Of a stretch of DNA of 64,000 bases, positions 27,684 through 40,607 are shown one piece after another. Source of the stretch: Tubiluchus corallicola (lineage: Eukaryota > Animalia > Priapulida); contig JAQGDQ010000109.1 of the NCBI GenBank assembly GCA_030141605.1, forward strand, positions 124,001 to 188,000, given 5' to 3'. Position numbers and translations under genes: made by a program. A model generated the notes under the pieces. It had not been told where the DNA came from and did no database searches. It was given only the letters and a program-made list of their open reading frames with translations. Numbering within the stretch: the first letter of the stretch is position 1; each line of letters opens with the position of its first letter.

Positions 27684-30600
27684 TTATCTTCCAAATGGAC
27701 TCCCGCCAAACGGATTAGCATTGCGTCCGTTGAAAAGTCCGCTAAAAAAATTCCCTCCTCCTCCTGATGATCCTGAGTTAGGCCTAGTGTTTGGCTGCCT
27801 CAGACTAAAATCATCTGTATTCTGGTTTCTATTTCCTTGTCTAACAATAGGCGCAGACCTTGGTAAACTGAATTGGTTCAGTTTATTGCATCTTTTATTA
27901 TTAGGATTAACATAGACATCCTCTGTCAGATCTAGCATCCAGTCATAAGCAACGCTAACGTTAGTATAAACGGCGAACCGAAAATTTTGGGGACAATTTC
28001 TAACCCCTCTCTTCACTATGCCTATCACAGTCCAGAAACCACCGCCCAAGTGCAAAGCAACAGGTCCACCAGAATCGCCGTAGCAAACGTTTTCGTACGA
28101 CACCGTCTGGTCAAAACCACCACACATTTCATCGTCTTTAATTCTGATATTGTCGCGCGACTTACATATATCTTTATCCGTGATTTCTACTTGCACTTCT
28201 TGCAGAACTTGCGCTACTTCGAATGTACTTGGGTCAATTACACCAAATCCGGTAACCCACGGCTTAGATCCGATTGCTGGCTCACCCCTTAGTTGACCAG
28301 CTCGAACAGAAATCGGTTGAATGAAATTATTGAAGTCAACAGCAGTCCGGAGTCTAATTACAGCGATGTCCAATGAGGGATGAACGAAGTAATCATCATA
28401 TGTCACGTTTACTTCATTGCCAGTGTTTACTTTGAGGTTATGTTCACCTAGCGTTGCTAAAGAAAACAAAAACTAGGCGTTAATGTTAACAGCACAAATT
28501 ATATTTTTAGTGATAACAATAGTGACAATAATTAAAGAAAAAATCCCAAGTTTAAGAAAGGTTCAAAAGCATGATCCTTCAAACTATCACTGTAGTTTAT
28601 TTGCAGATGAAAAAAGAGGAAAGGTCGCAAGTATTTACAGGTACTAATTTTTTGTGGGAGTTTTTTATATCACGCTTTGAAGGAGTACAATCACTTACAC
28701 ATAAAAAAGTACAAAAGCCCAGCAAGTACAAAACAGAAGTAAAAAACACAGAATTGTAAAATCACTGGTCACAGTGACCGAGTCACAGAGCAGAGTGAGA
28801 CACAACAGGCATATCATAAGTTTCTATGAATGTGATTAGTGATTTTATACTTCTGTGTCTCTCCCCCGTGTTTTATTGTTTTTTTCTATGTGATTTTAAG
28901 TGTGACATCTTTACGCTGATACAACACAGTCATTTTAACCGAATCATCATAATAAAACAAATCACCAAGCTAAAGTAACAGTTAATTAAATTATTAAAAT
29001 TTAACCGCTTTCGGAAGCAAATCCATGTTCAAAAATAACTAAAGTGTTTGACGTTGTCACTTTAATTATTTTGTTGTTAATTTAACTTGGTGGTGTGTTT
29101 TAATATAGTGACTTCTTTATTTGTTAACAATATTAAAAATTTCTCCTAAAAATAGTATTAGTAATTTCATGTGATCATTTTTCTTCTTTTTTCACCTGAA
29201 GATAAACTACAGCGGTACTTAAAAAAAATTGTGTTTTCCCCCTTTTTAGCTGTGGGATATTTTCATTAATTAATACTAACCTGACCAGAGCATGTTTTCT
29301 CTTTAGCGTATCGGGATAGAGACAGACGGGAGGACAGAAAGGCAGACAAACGTGAAGAAATGCAGTATCCACGCACCAATTGTACATAATATATATATAA
29401 TACAATATACTCGAACCACAATGGTCGAGTGTGGGTAATTACTGTATGCGTCAAAATGGAGCTTTTTATTACAAAAATGTAGACTATAACTGCTACAAAT
29501 TCGAAAACCTTAAGTATTCTATTACCGTTTGGTTGCAGTGTGACATGAAAAACGCCAAGCAACGACGCGTGATGGAGAAAATTAGTTTAAAGTTACATCA
29601 AACTTTCTTTAGAACAGCCAAACAACCATCTTACTGTCTTTTTGTTCACAAATTTCCCTTAGTTGTTCCATCGGGCCACAAGAAAATGCATATCTGGACC
29701 CTACTCAAACTGGTATCCATTCAATATCTTTTAAATCTTTTAGTGTAAACTGTGTAAAATTAAATTAAATATTAAGTAATCATGAAACAATGCTTTAATT
29801 CAAAGCAATTAAAGCACTAGTTACTGATATAATTGGCGCGAGTTGTATAGGTTAAAGGAAAGGCCAAGCCTTCTGGGAAGTAAGGCCTTATTTCAATGTT
29901 CGCGAAAAAATTAGAAGAATTTAGTAATGAAAAAGTGTGATAAGGGCTTGGTGTAGTTGGCAAAATCACTTTTAGGTCGCCATCATTTCACGCTTGAGCG
30001 CTCAAATTTTGAACGTCTTTTCTTCCAACGATGACGTGTTGATCAGCTGAAGAAAAGCAGCACATTGTTGATATCAACTTTACAAAACAGATAGTTAATT
30101 TCGTGATGCTACTGCGTCACATTAGACAAGCTACAGAAGTATGAACAATTAGTTCAAATAGCACGCGCTTACGGAAACCACGATGCAAATACGTCCACCA
30201 GTTACGTAATAATTTTCGAGTAAATAGCAGCTACCACCGCCCCTGAAAATTTCCACACAGCAGTAGTATAAATTAATTTTATGTCTTATAGATGATGCTT
30301 TTGCAAATTTCTTTGTTATATCTTTCTAAGTTTAAGTAGTAACTGTAAAATAAACCAAACATGCATGGTGACTTTCCTTTCCTTTAATAGTGACAGTGTG
30401 TGTTTAGTAAATAAAGTTGAGCAATGCCGAGCTTGGTCAGTAAATGGATAGGTATCAGCCCAGAATACAGCTTTTGTGCACTTTTCATCTGACACACTGC
30501 TCGTGGCTTTTTACCTCAACGAAGGGATATATAAACTATTGAACGTGGCGTTTGGTTAAGATATTCTTCTGTTAGGTGTCTCGTTTTAAAGGATTTTACT

Positions 30601-31840
30601 TGATGATTTATATAAGCCATTAAAACGAGACAATATCTCGTTAATAAGTTGCGGATCTCGGCTTTTGGCTTAGCAAAACTACAAAAAAAATAGTTTCGCA
30701 AAATTATTTACCCCAAAGGGTATTAATATCCTGATTATTTATGCAGTGCTTGGCTGTCAGAATGTGGCAACTGTCGATGAGAGCGCCCCCACAGTTGAAT
30801 CCGCCTTCAGCTACGGAGAATAACTGCGCATGCCAAGGTCTTGTTCCTGGCTTCACATCCACACCTAAGAAAAGCAGGAAAATTATTAGCTGATACGCAA
30901 TTGGTAGAGAAAGAAGAAGTCATCAGATGAACGAGTTACTGGCAGAGTTCTTTAATGACTGGCTATCTACTGTAATTAGCATTTTACTGGGGGATTGTTG
31001 ACTATTTTGCATCTCTTTGCACTCTATCACTTGTCACTTGCATAGAATCAGCATGAATCTAGCGTCAAATCATCTTGGCAACACTATAGCATAGTGAACG
31101 GCAGTCAATTAGTCTAGGCACAAGCAGGTAGGGCCAGCTAACCGGTTGACGATTAGTCTTTCTTTAACCAATTAATCTTTTAGATAAAATTAGTTTTTTG
31201 CAAGTTAGTTACTCATTTCATTAATGAGTAGTCAATCGAAAAGTGGAAACTGTCCTGGATTAGGTGGGCTGGTAGCCGAGTGCTCTAGATTACAGATTGT
31301 AGACACGCTTTATGCACGGTTGCAGTTTTGGGTTCGAGACCAGCGGCTGCCAATGCCGGGCATATATTCCACAAGTATTCGTTATTTTTATTCGCGGCGT
31401 TACCTGTATAGTTGTAAGCGGTAGTCGTATTGGTGTTAAACGTTGTCTGTTAAATGAGCTTGGCGATGGTAAATAAATATTGTCTTTGTCTTTTTTAATA
31501 ACTAATAGATTAACGCAGTAATGGGTTCCTAACAAATAAGACTAACCAACTCAATTTTACATGCATTTAATGTAGAGTACGACAGTTTCTCGTAATATAA
31601 ACGTAAGTTTGAAACTTATGTAATCTTACCCCCTACTATAGCCAAATCCGTATCATTGCTTGGAGGCGGTGTGGGCAAGATACCGCCTGGTCTTGGTGGT
31701 AAACCTCCACCTGGTCTTGGTGGTAAGCCTCCACCAGGCAATTGAGGAGGTGGTATGTTGCTACCGGGAAGGCGTGGTCTGGGTTGGCCGAAGCAGCAGG
31801 ATGCGCAAACAGTCAATACGAAGACAAATTGTAACCACAT
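27684..31840 (-). CDS. secreted S1A serine protease 1 (378 aa) with a Pro/Gly-rich pro-peptide
   Basis: Exons 31840-31630, 30864-30712 and 28456-27684 (phase-1 introns). Signal peptide, PRP/GGGLPPRP repeats, LA|IVGG, TAKHC, DIAVI, GDSGGP, and an N/G/F-rich C-terminal tail. Confidence 0.95.
28585..29220. mobile_element. MITE-like foldback element in protease 1 intron 2
   Basis: CACTGTAGTTTATTTGCAGATGAAAAAAGAGGAAA (about 28588-28622) is an imperfect inverted repeat of about 29175-29215. A weaker inner inverted pair lies at about 28745-28775 / 28830-28860. Confidence 0.55.
31263..31420 (+). mobile_element. tRNA-derived SINE remnant
   Basis: A-box-like TAGCCGAGTG (31273-31282) and B box GGTTCGAGACC (31331-31341). 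Confidence 0.55.
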
Positions 31841-32389
31841 CTGAAAAATGCAAAATATAGTAATAAGGATTTTAAGATTCCGAAGAAAGATATATTAACT
31901 AAAAAACGGTTATTAAAAAACATCTTGAATGAATTCAAATTCAAATCCGGGAGTGTAACGCCGTGACCGTGTTCACACCTGACTATTATTCCTGTTCGGG
32001 TGTGGCTAACTTATGTCAATACTTGTAGATTATTGCGCTCAAATTTAACTAACCAGTGTGCACGGTGCTCTTGACCAATAATTACTTGACTGTACCTGGT
32101 TCAGTGTGGTTTACTCACGTGTGAATTAGCAGTTTCCTCTAATTTTCACATTTCGACTCCTATCTTGGCTTCGATTGCCGCCAAAAATTGAAATTAAATC
32201 ATAGAAGGAGTTGAATGACAATCAAAAACTAGTCCTATATCCAATGTAGTTGACCTTTTGACTGTGGTGACTGTTCACCGTGCTATTTTAAAGCCCCTGG
32301 CCCTGGTAAATACCCTGCAAATTTCGCGACCAAAACCTTCTGCGTTTGCGAATTAACATGAATTAAAACTCGATGCCTATTTTTCAGGT

Positions 32390-32459
32390 TTCGGCTCCTG
32401 CCTCGAACCCTTAAGTAACTCGAGTTTTTTTAACTGTACCATTGCCTGAGCCACTAGCC
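32390..32459 (-). mobile_element. tRNA-derived SINE head remnant
   Basis: Minus strand GGCTAGTGGCTCAGGCAATGG...GGGTTCGAGGC shows A and B boxes. Confidence 0.4.
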
Positions 32460-35400
32460 TGGGTGTCTACCTTGCAAGCATCTTGACTCTGCTGACCACA
32501 GTTTTAGAGTTATTCAGTGTTATGTATTAATATGAATTAAAAGTCGAAAACTGGATGCCTAACATAACAAAGACAGAAAAATTAGCTTATTGTTCTCTTA
32601 GATTTGTGACGCTAGCGCTTGCGAATGAAACTCTATATGTTTGTTAAAGTAATTCCTACAATAAAATGCTGCAGTGGTATTCTTTAGTGACCACAACAGT
32701 AATGAAAAGATGACAATGACAGCAAGAATAAAACTGATAGCAGTGGTAGCGGCAACTGCAGCAACAACAGCAGTAACAATAATAATGACAATGACATAAA
32801 AAACAGCGCGATACATCAAGGCAGTGCCCTAACCTCATTTCGAGTTCCTAGTGAAAATGTGAAAGCAATTTGTACTTTTTGCCAAACGTTTGTGCATTTT
32901 CACGCTCTTTTTATTGATTATCAATTACTGGTCCCAGATTGACTTTCTCATAGGGTGGCCAATATAAAACTGGCATGACAGATTGTTGCCTTTGGCCTAC
33001 TCCGCTTCTTTCGCTATGAAGCTGTGTTGGTATCATTTGCAATCGTTGCTAATACACAGAAACGACTAGGCAGCTATTTATTGATTAGTGATCAATACTT
33101 GGTTACTGATTGATTTAGAAAAAAATGTTGGCATTTTGTTCCTGCATGTGGGCGACATTATCTGGTCATTATGGCGAAAGCCTGGTGCATTGACTAATCT
33201 GTGTGGGTTATCACCCATTCGCATTCATTCAGGCACAGCTTAGCCAAATTTCAAGTTTTAACGATTACAATTACCAAACTTTGTCACATTCTCAATACAC
33301 GGAGTGGAAGCTAGTGCACCCAAAAATCAGTAGGAAGCAGTGAGTGTCATCCTTACCACTTCGGTGCGAAAATTTGTCAACAACATGTGATTCGTAGTTT
33401 TTATTGATACGTAGGCATTATTGGTTTTATCAGTAATTTGTTGAAAAAACTTTTTAGAGTAGTTTATTTCACAAAATTTGTGATTTAAAAATTTCAAATT
33501 GGCAATTGAAAACAAGCCTTTGCGTCACCGTCGTCTAAACTGATTACCGTCTCGCGCCGATTCAAATCATGGATTTTACAAAGGTACAGAATCGAAATTG
33601 CATGCCACATTGCATTTTGTAATTTCATGACATCTAGTTTACATTGCTAAATCATTTTAATTCCTTTGTTAACGTTTCTGCTACAACACACTACTATCCA
33701 CAACAACTGTAATGTGTATAAAATCACTTTATGTCTCATTGCTCATGCTACTCGTCACAATAGTATTCAAACCTTCACATTAGAGACCTAATGAGCATGA
33801 TGACCATGACAGTATTTTAGTAAAGGTTTTAGGGGTTAATACGTTGTAGACGTCCATGACCTTGTTCCGTTATGGCATCTTGTTTCGCTCTGAAAATTTA
33901 ATTTTAACGAACATAATAAAGGAACCAAAAGATAAGAAAATAAATAACTCAAAAATGTTCTCAAGTCTCATCATGCAATAATGCAATATGAGAACTGTCA
34001 ATTTTTCGTGCCGTTCAAAACAAAATATTTCATGACTTTAACTAAATATAATTTATTTCTAGTTATATGGCTTACAATGTTTTCTTATCAATGAAGCAAT
34101 CGTTGCATTTATTTGATTATTTTAGTTGATGAACTTCTGAGACCGATAGATCCTATAAACGCGACAAACGCAATTTCTTTTTTTATTTCCTTCGAGTGCT
34201 GTCTGATAATATTTTTTTTTAAAGTGACGTTTATGCAGATGGCACGGACTGAATGCTGTGCTTATATATTAAGCCTGCTTAAGTGCTGGTACGAGGTGTT
34301 TTGCGTTATGTATAGTTATCAATGCTTATTTTATTGTGGTTAGAGAAGCTCCTGGCTGTACAGCTGTTCCAGAAAACAAATACCTCATTTCTTACTAAGT
34401 AGGCTTATTGCTGACTAACACGAAAAGTTTACAAAATAGAGTACTATACCGTACTACCTGTCTTACCTTATAATTCTCCACAGCAAAATATTTTGTTTTT
34501 GTAGTAATTTCTTGTTAACACGTTGATTACATTAGGCTTAACTGATGGAGAAAGATGCATTCAATCACGATAGGCTAAAAGACGATGAAACATTAAAAAC
34601 TAACACTTTACACGAAAACTAACAAAGTATTTTTTGTTGAGAATTCAGTCCGTGATCAAGGATTTTACTGTGGAAACCAAATGAGCGTTACCTTGCAGGA
34701 CGTGAAACACAGTTGTATGTACACAAGCCGAAATCCGCCCACCAAATTTTTAGCTATTCTGTACTAAAAGACGATTTGTTTATAACCTCGAGTGAAATTT
34801 CAACAAACAGATATTATCAAAACTCTATTTTACACTACTAAGAATACTCTTTACAGCAAATATGGTTGTATTAAATTCTTGTAAGAAACGAAACAGGTAC
34901 ACCCTGAGGCCAATCACGAAACAAGGATTTGCTTTCGCTGCACGCACTTTACATGGTTGGCTGCTCCAGGGTCCTGGAAAGGCGGAGTCTTAGACTTTTA
35001 CACTTTTGTGGTTTAAACCTATCGCTGAAATACTAGTAAACAAACGAAAAATGACACCGTAGACCAAACGCTTGCAATGTTACAATATGGAGGTAATTTA
35101 CAACAGAAATTTTGTAATATAATGTACTTACACAAATACTACAAAGCTCTCAATCACCTTTAACATGTCTCTCAAGTAATAAAATGTATGTTAAAGGCTC
35201 ATAACTACATGTGTCCCACATCAAAAATGCATAGGTCTGTTGCAGAAATAATTAAACAAAAACCGAAAAGCGCATCGAAGTATGGTGTTCAAGTATTTCA
35301 GAAACTTATAATAATTGTTCTAGTCGACAATTGCATATTTTATATCTCAAAACTAAATATTAAATTTTCCAACTTGTTTATTTTCACGGCAATAAAAACA

Positions 35401-37209
35401 TTCATGTAACAATACCCTCACCACCTTAATATCGATGGATATGGTATTGGAATAAAAGTTTAGTCTTTGCATTTGTTAATTTTTCTCAAACTGCATTTTC
35501 AGAACAACGCCTTTAGGCTAATCTGACAAGCTAGACTTGAAAACGAGTTTGAGTAGATCATCGAATTAAACTAATGTCTCAGTTAAACTGAATTACAAGT
35601 GTAGAGTCTTTTTGTTGAATGTCAACAAAAAGTTTTTAATGTGCTTTTATATGTACACGTACGTGTACGTGTAAAACTTTTATATGTACACGTTCTATAT
35701 TGTTATAATGCATGAAAAGAAATCTTGAACTTCTCTATAACTGCTGCTGTAGTGCTTACCTGTATAGTTTGTAAGTCGTCAAATTTTAAAGCACCAACAG
35801 TTCTTTTATTTTGCACACTTATTCTCGAATCTTAATCGAAATAGAATCAGCTAAAGTTTAATATTTCGGATCTACAGTTAATTCTCGCTGTTGCATCTCT
35901 GCAAGTTACGACCACATTACATGTATGAGCTACTTCCGTCTCTTTTATATCTTGCTATGCATGTATCAGGATATCCTGAAAAGACCATTGTAGGACTTAT
36001 TTAGGTAGATTGTGAATGATGTGTTCACTCAAATCTTGCAGTTTGATAAGCATGCAGATTGCAGTGAATTTAATTGCTGTATGATTTATTGTAACTATTA
36101 TTGTCCTTGCTATTGTTAGATGTCTAAGTTAAATCTCGTTCAGATAGAAATGTTTATAAATTATTTTATCATTATTAATTGTTTGCGAAATGCACTGCAC
36201 GTCTAATACGTTTAATGTCTTACAGGACAAATAATTCCTTCAATAATTAACATTATATGCACAATTCGCAAAAAATATTTAAGAAAGGTAACATGTTTAA
36301 ATTTTTAATAACATGTGGTGGTGCTAGTGCCGTCAACAGTTTAGGAATGAACAACATCAAGAATTGTCTATATAAAAGAACAAAGAGCTTAAAGCCTGAA
36401 CGAGGGCAATCTTCAAATTGAATGTGAATGACTTTGTTGTGAAAAATGCAAAGCAAGGACGATTAGACTCAAACAATCAATGGCCAGTGATTAATATTCT
36501 TCATAAGTAAAACGAAGAACAAGAAGAAAGTTCTAAGAGTACACAAACCTAGATGAACTGAACTATATTGTGGAAGATGAGGGATGCACCAAAAAGTAAA
36601 ATTGTACTAATATTGCAAAGCATCTGTGGATGGGGCTTAGAGTCCGCTGTCCGTTCAACTGCACATCATATACGTGACCGCAGGTCAGATTATCTTTACT
36701 GGCTAGTGACCCTAAATGTAAACGGTTAAAGAATGCTGATTTAAACTTGTCGCACAAAATTTTTCTCTTTAACAACTTTGGGGTTCTCATTTCATGGCAG
36801 CTTCTTCGTGGAAAATTTTCCAGGGGCATTAATACATTTCTTCTGAAATTCATTTCTCTTTATGGGACATTTGATACAAACACGTTGAACTGTTCGTTAT
36901 ACTTTGTTGAGCAACTAGCCACTTACTAGAATTGAAATATTTTCCGTTTTTACTTTACAACATGGCCTCTCAAAACCTATTTTTTGCTTATTTAATTAAC
37001 GTATTCTATTCCTGTTATTTACAAGTTTTGAACCCACTGTTCACCATGGAATTACTTCTTTCCAGTACAAAAATTAGAATAAGAATTAGAGAATAATGAA
37101 ATTGACAAAACATTAAATTGAGTGACACCGAAATTAAAACTAAAGCAAGCTGACAATGTGCGTTTTATGTCAAAGTGCTATATGTATGGGGGGCATACAC
37201 ACGCGTTGT

Positions 37210-37212
<3 letters not shown>

Positions 37213-37253
<41 letters not shown>

Positions 37254-37268
37254 GAGAGAGAAAGAGAG
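37213..37268. repeat. (GA)n microsatellite
   Basis: Directly visible. Confidence 0.95.
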
Positions 37269-37360
37269 TTTTAATTTATTAAAAAAATCGTCTGGAAGTA
37301 CAGATTGTTGCACTGATGTGATGAAAATTACAGGTTTGAGGTTTGAGTAAAATTTGTAAA

Positions 37361-39485
37361 TTAAAATTGAGTGAATTTAATGCACATCCCGTTACTAGGA
37401 TGAACATAAACATTAGAAGTTAGATCCATTATCCAGTCGTAGGCATAGCTGATATTTGTATATATGGCATAGCGGGCGTTTTGTGGGCAATTTCGGACAC
37501 CACTCTTGGCAATGCCAATCTGCGTCCAACGAAGATTGCTTAACTGTAAAACGAGTGGCCCTCCTGAATCACCATAACATACATTTTGATATCGTGTAGT
37601 TTTCTCAAATCCACCACACATTTCGTGATCTGTTATGTCGATGTTATCATGAATCTTGCATCTTCTTTTGTCAACTATTTCTACTTGCACTTCTTGCAAG
37701 ATGTTAGCTGTTTTGAACGTTATTGGGTCAACAACTCCGAATCCGGTCACCCATGGTTTAGAGCCAATACTTGGCTCAGCAAAAAACTTTCCAGCTCGAA
37801 TTGAAATAGGTTTAATGAAGTTTGTGAATTTTACAGATTCTTTAAGCCGTATAACAGCTATGTCAATGTTGGGGTGGACATAGTATTCAGCATATGTCAC
37901 TGTTTTTTCATTGCCATCAATAACTTTGGTGTTGTGTTCTCCTAAAACGGCTAAAATAATAAAAACGTTCCAGTTTTAGTTTGAAACCGCTAGTCAAGAT
38001 AATTAGAAAATACACGTTACACTGTTATGGTCGTCGTCGTTGTCATTGTGATTGTCAGTGTTGTCATCGTCACTGCTAATTTACACATAATTCTTTTTAC
38101 ATAACAGAGTGTCTTTTTACACTCACTGTAGTAACTGTTAATCAAATCAAGGAGCCAAGCTTTTGCCGTATAGATAAATGAAAGCCAAAAAAACAATTAC
38201 ACAATTTGTTACACTAATTTACATACAGTGTAAATTTACATTCACATTTACATTTTTGTTCTTTCATAAGAATGAGATGTTTACCCCAAAGAGTGTTGAT
38301 ATCTTGTTTATCGATGCAATGTTTGGCAGTGAGAATATGACAGCTATCTATAAGAGAACCGCCGCAGTTGAATCCACCTTTAGTTAGCGAAAAAAGTTGA
38401 GCATGCCATGGTCGCCCTTGATCCCTGATGTCAGCCCCTGTTTCAAAAAGCATTCAAGTCTCAAATTTTCATTTTTACAGTTCATCGTCACATATTATTC
38501 CTGCACCAGGAGGAGCAAAATTTGTCTGTAATAGCTTTTTAATAGGAAAAGCTCCTACACGTCTGAATTTTTTAAATTTAATGCACAGACCTTTTTTATT
38601 CTGTGTGTACTATGTCTTAATATACGCTCAATTAACTATTAAATAAAATAGAACAAGAACAGTAGCCTTGCTCAAAAGTTAGAACAACCTACTAATATGC
38701 CCCCTTTCTTTGTTTTCTGCATTAGAATCTGATGGAGCGGTCACTATCTTTAATAATTACTAACAGTATTTAATAAAAAAGGATTACAAACCTAATCTAG
38801 ACGATCTCAGAAGTAGTGGACCTTTAATCTCAAGGTGGCGTGATGACAAAATTCGTGATGGACGTGACGTTAATGAACCTGGTGTTATCCGTGGCGTTTG
38901 CGCACGAAAACGCTGTAAGATCTCATTTACTGGACGGAATTTAAGACGTGAAGGTGGGAATGCGATTAACCGCGAAAGCCCTGTTTCTTGCCGAGACTGT
39001 GGAACAAGAAACTCTGGACTAGGAGGTAACAAAACTGGTATTTGTTGTGGAAAGAAATTTTCTTGTCTTGGCGGCAATAAAGCGGCCTCCAAAATACCAG
39101 AACTGATCGATGAAGTGATAGTTGATGGCCGCATAACATCAGTACCGCCCACTGCACGCTGCTTGCCGCCAGATAGTCTGTAGAAGCTAGAACCAAATTC
39201 AGGTAGAGATCCACCTGCACTACCTAATTTACCAAATCCAGGTATAGCTCCACCCACACTACCTAATTTATCAAATCCAGGTATTGATCCGCCAACACTG
39301 CCTAATCCGCCAGATCCAAATCCTTCGCCAAATCCACCTCCTAATTTGCCTAATCCAAATCCGCCACCAATTCCACTGCCTGATTGACCAAATCCAGAGC
39401 CAAAGCCGCCACCAGATCCACTGCCTGATTTAGACGCTCCATTTATGGATTGTACAAATGTGGACATAACAAGTAACAGAAGCAT
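37361..39485 (-). CDS. secreted S1A serine protease 2 (about 478 aa) with a Gly-rich pro-region and no canonical IVGG at the domain boundary
   Basis: Exons 39485-38792, 38437-38285 and 37950-37361, with the same 153-nt middle exon and phase-1 introns as its paralogues. TAKHC, DIAVI and GDSGGP are intact. The junction reads SSRLG-ADIRDQGRPW. Confidence 0.92.
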
Positions 39486-40114
39486 GTCTTTTCACACACA
39501 ATGCTCTAGTTTGCCAAATAAATAGTTTTTTTTATATTAAACTGCTCTCGCTCTTGTTGACGCAGTCAGGAAAATAAGTTTGCTATAAGCAAGGACAAGT
39601 TTGTCTCATGTGTAATTCATGACTTAATTTTTTAAACTGGTTATCTGATCGACCGCTTGGCATTCAAATGATTTTGAATTTATTGCCCAGTTGGGATGCT
39701 GCTGCAGAGAAAAGAAAAAGAAGACGAAAAGGTGGAAATGGCGGAGGATGGGAGGAAAAGGGGTAAGAGGAAGAGCAGTAATAGCAACAGTGGCTACAAT
39801 GGTAATTGCAACAGCAGCTGTTTAGCAATACAAAGTAGTCTATTTGCTTTATACATCTGCAAAAAACGGTGTTTGCAGAGCATTTTATTTAAAGTTGAGA
39901 TGGACATAAGCCTGATGATATAAATTAATTCAAAAGCTGCATTTCAATCCTATACCATAATAATTCTTTAATTCGTTAGTGTGGGGTGGCTAGTGCAGCC
40001 TGTGAAAAAGATGCAAGTACTTAGGATTCTCACTGCCCATTATATTTTATTTTTATTCAAAAACGCTGCATACATATATCGTTGCCTAATTACAATTGCT
40101 GTTACATTTATTCT

Positions 40115-40160
40115 GCATACGTGACGTTTCGGTCGTTCCTCGACCTTTCTCAAATGATAA
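40115..40160 (-). ncRNA. Penelope-type minimal hammerhead ribozyme remnant
   Basis: Minus strand TTGAGAAA-GGTCG-AGGAA-CGACC-GAAAC-GTC: a variant core, a perfect 5-bp stem II and a palindromic ACGT stem III. AATAAA follows. Stem I is imperfect. Confidence 0.55.
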
Positions 40161-40607
40161 AAACAAATGTAAAACAGTACGCAGTGTTACAACATACAGA
40201 CATTTCGTTTATGAAATGCTTATACACAAGCTTGCAACATACATAGTTAATATTCTAAGTGCCAAAGTAGAATAGAACGATATTATTATTCCATCACGGA
40301 AAATGTTTTGTTAGTATAGGCAAATGTATAATCCACTACTGCAATAAGTTATATATAAAATCCTTAATTTTTGAATTTAACATTACTTAATTACTTTAAT
40401 ATGATATGCTTCTCTTATCACACTGTTCTCGGCAATATCTACAATACTAAATATGTCTGTAGCGATTGGTTTCTTAGAAAAGTGAGCATGTACAACACAG
40501 TTAGTTGATTGTGTTCAATGTTACGATTATCTTATTGTCTTGTTAATGTGTGAGCTATTTACTGATTGACGTAAAGGTGCTAATTCCAATGTTCAAATCT
40601 TAGATTA

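Noticed and set aside
34691-34762. Possible 72-nt minus-strand exon containing NLVGG between proteases 1 and 2
   Set aside because: It is phase 0, has no other protease similarity, and no partner exons were found.
36253-36929. Short ORFs with faint reverse transcriptase-like words (FKSAFFNR)
   Set aside because: The similarity is too weak to call; at most an old LINE fragment.
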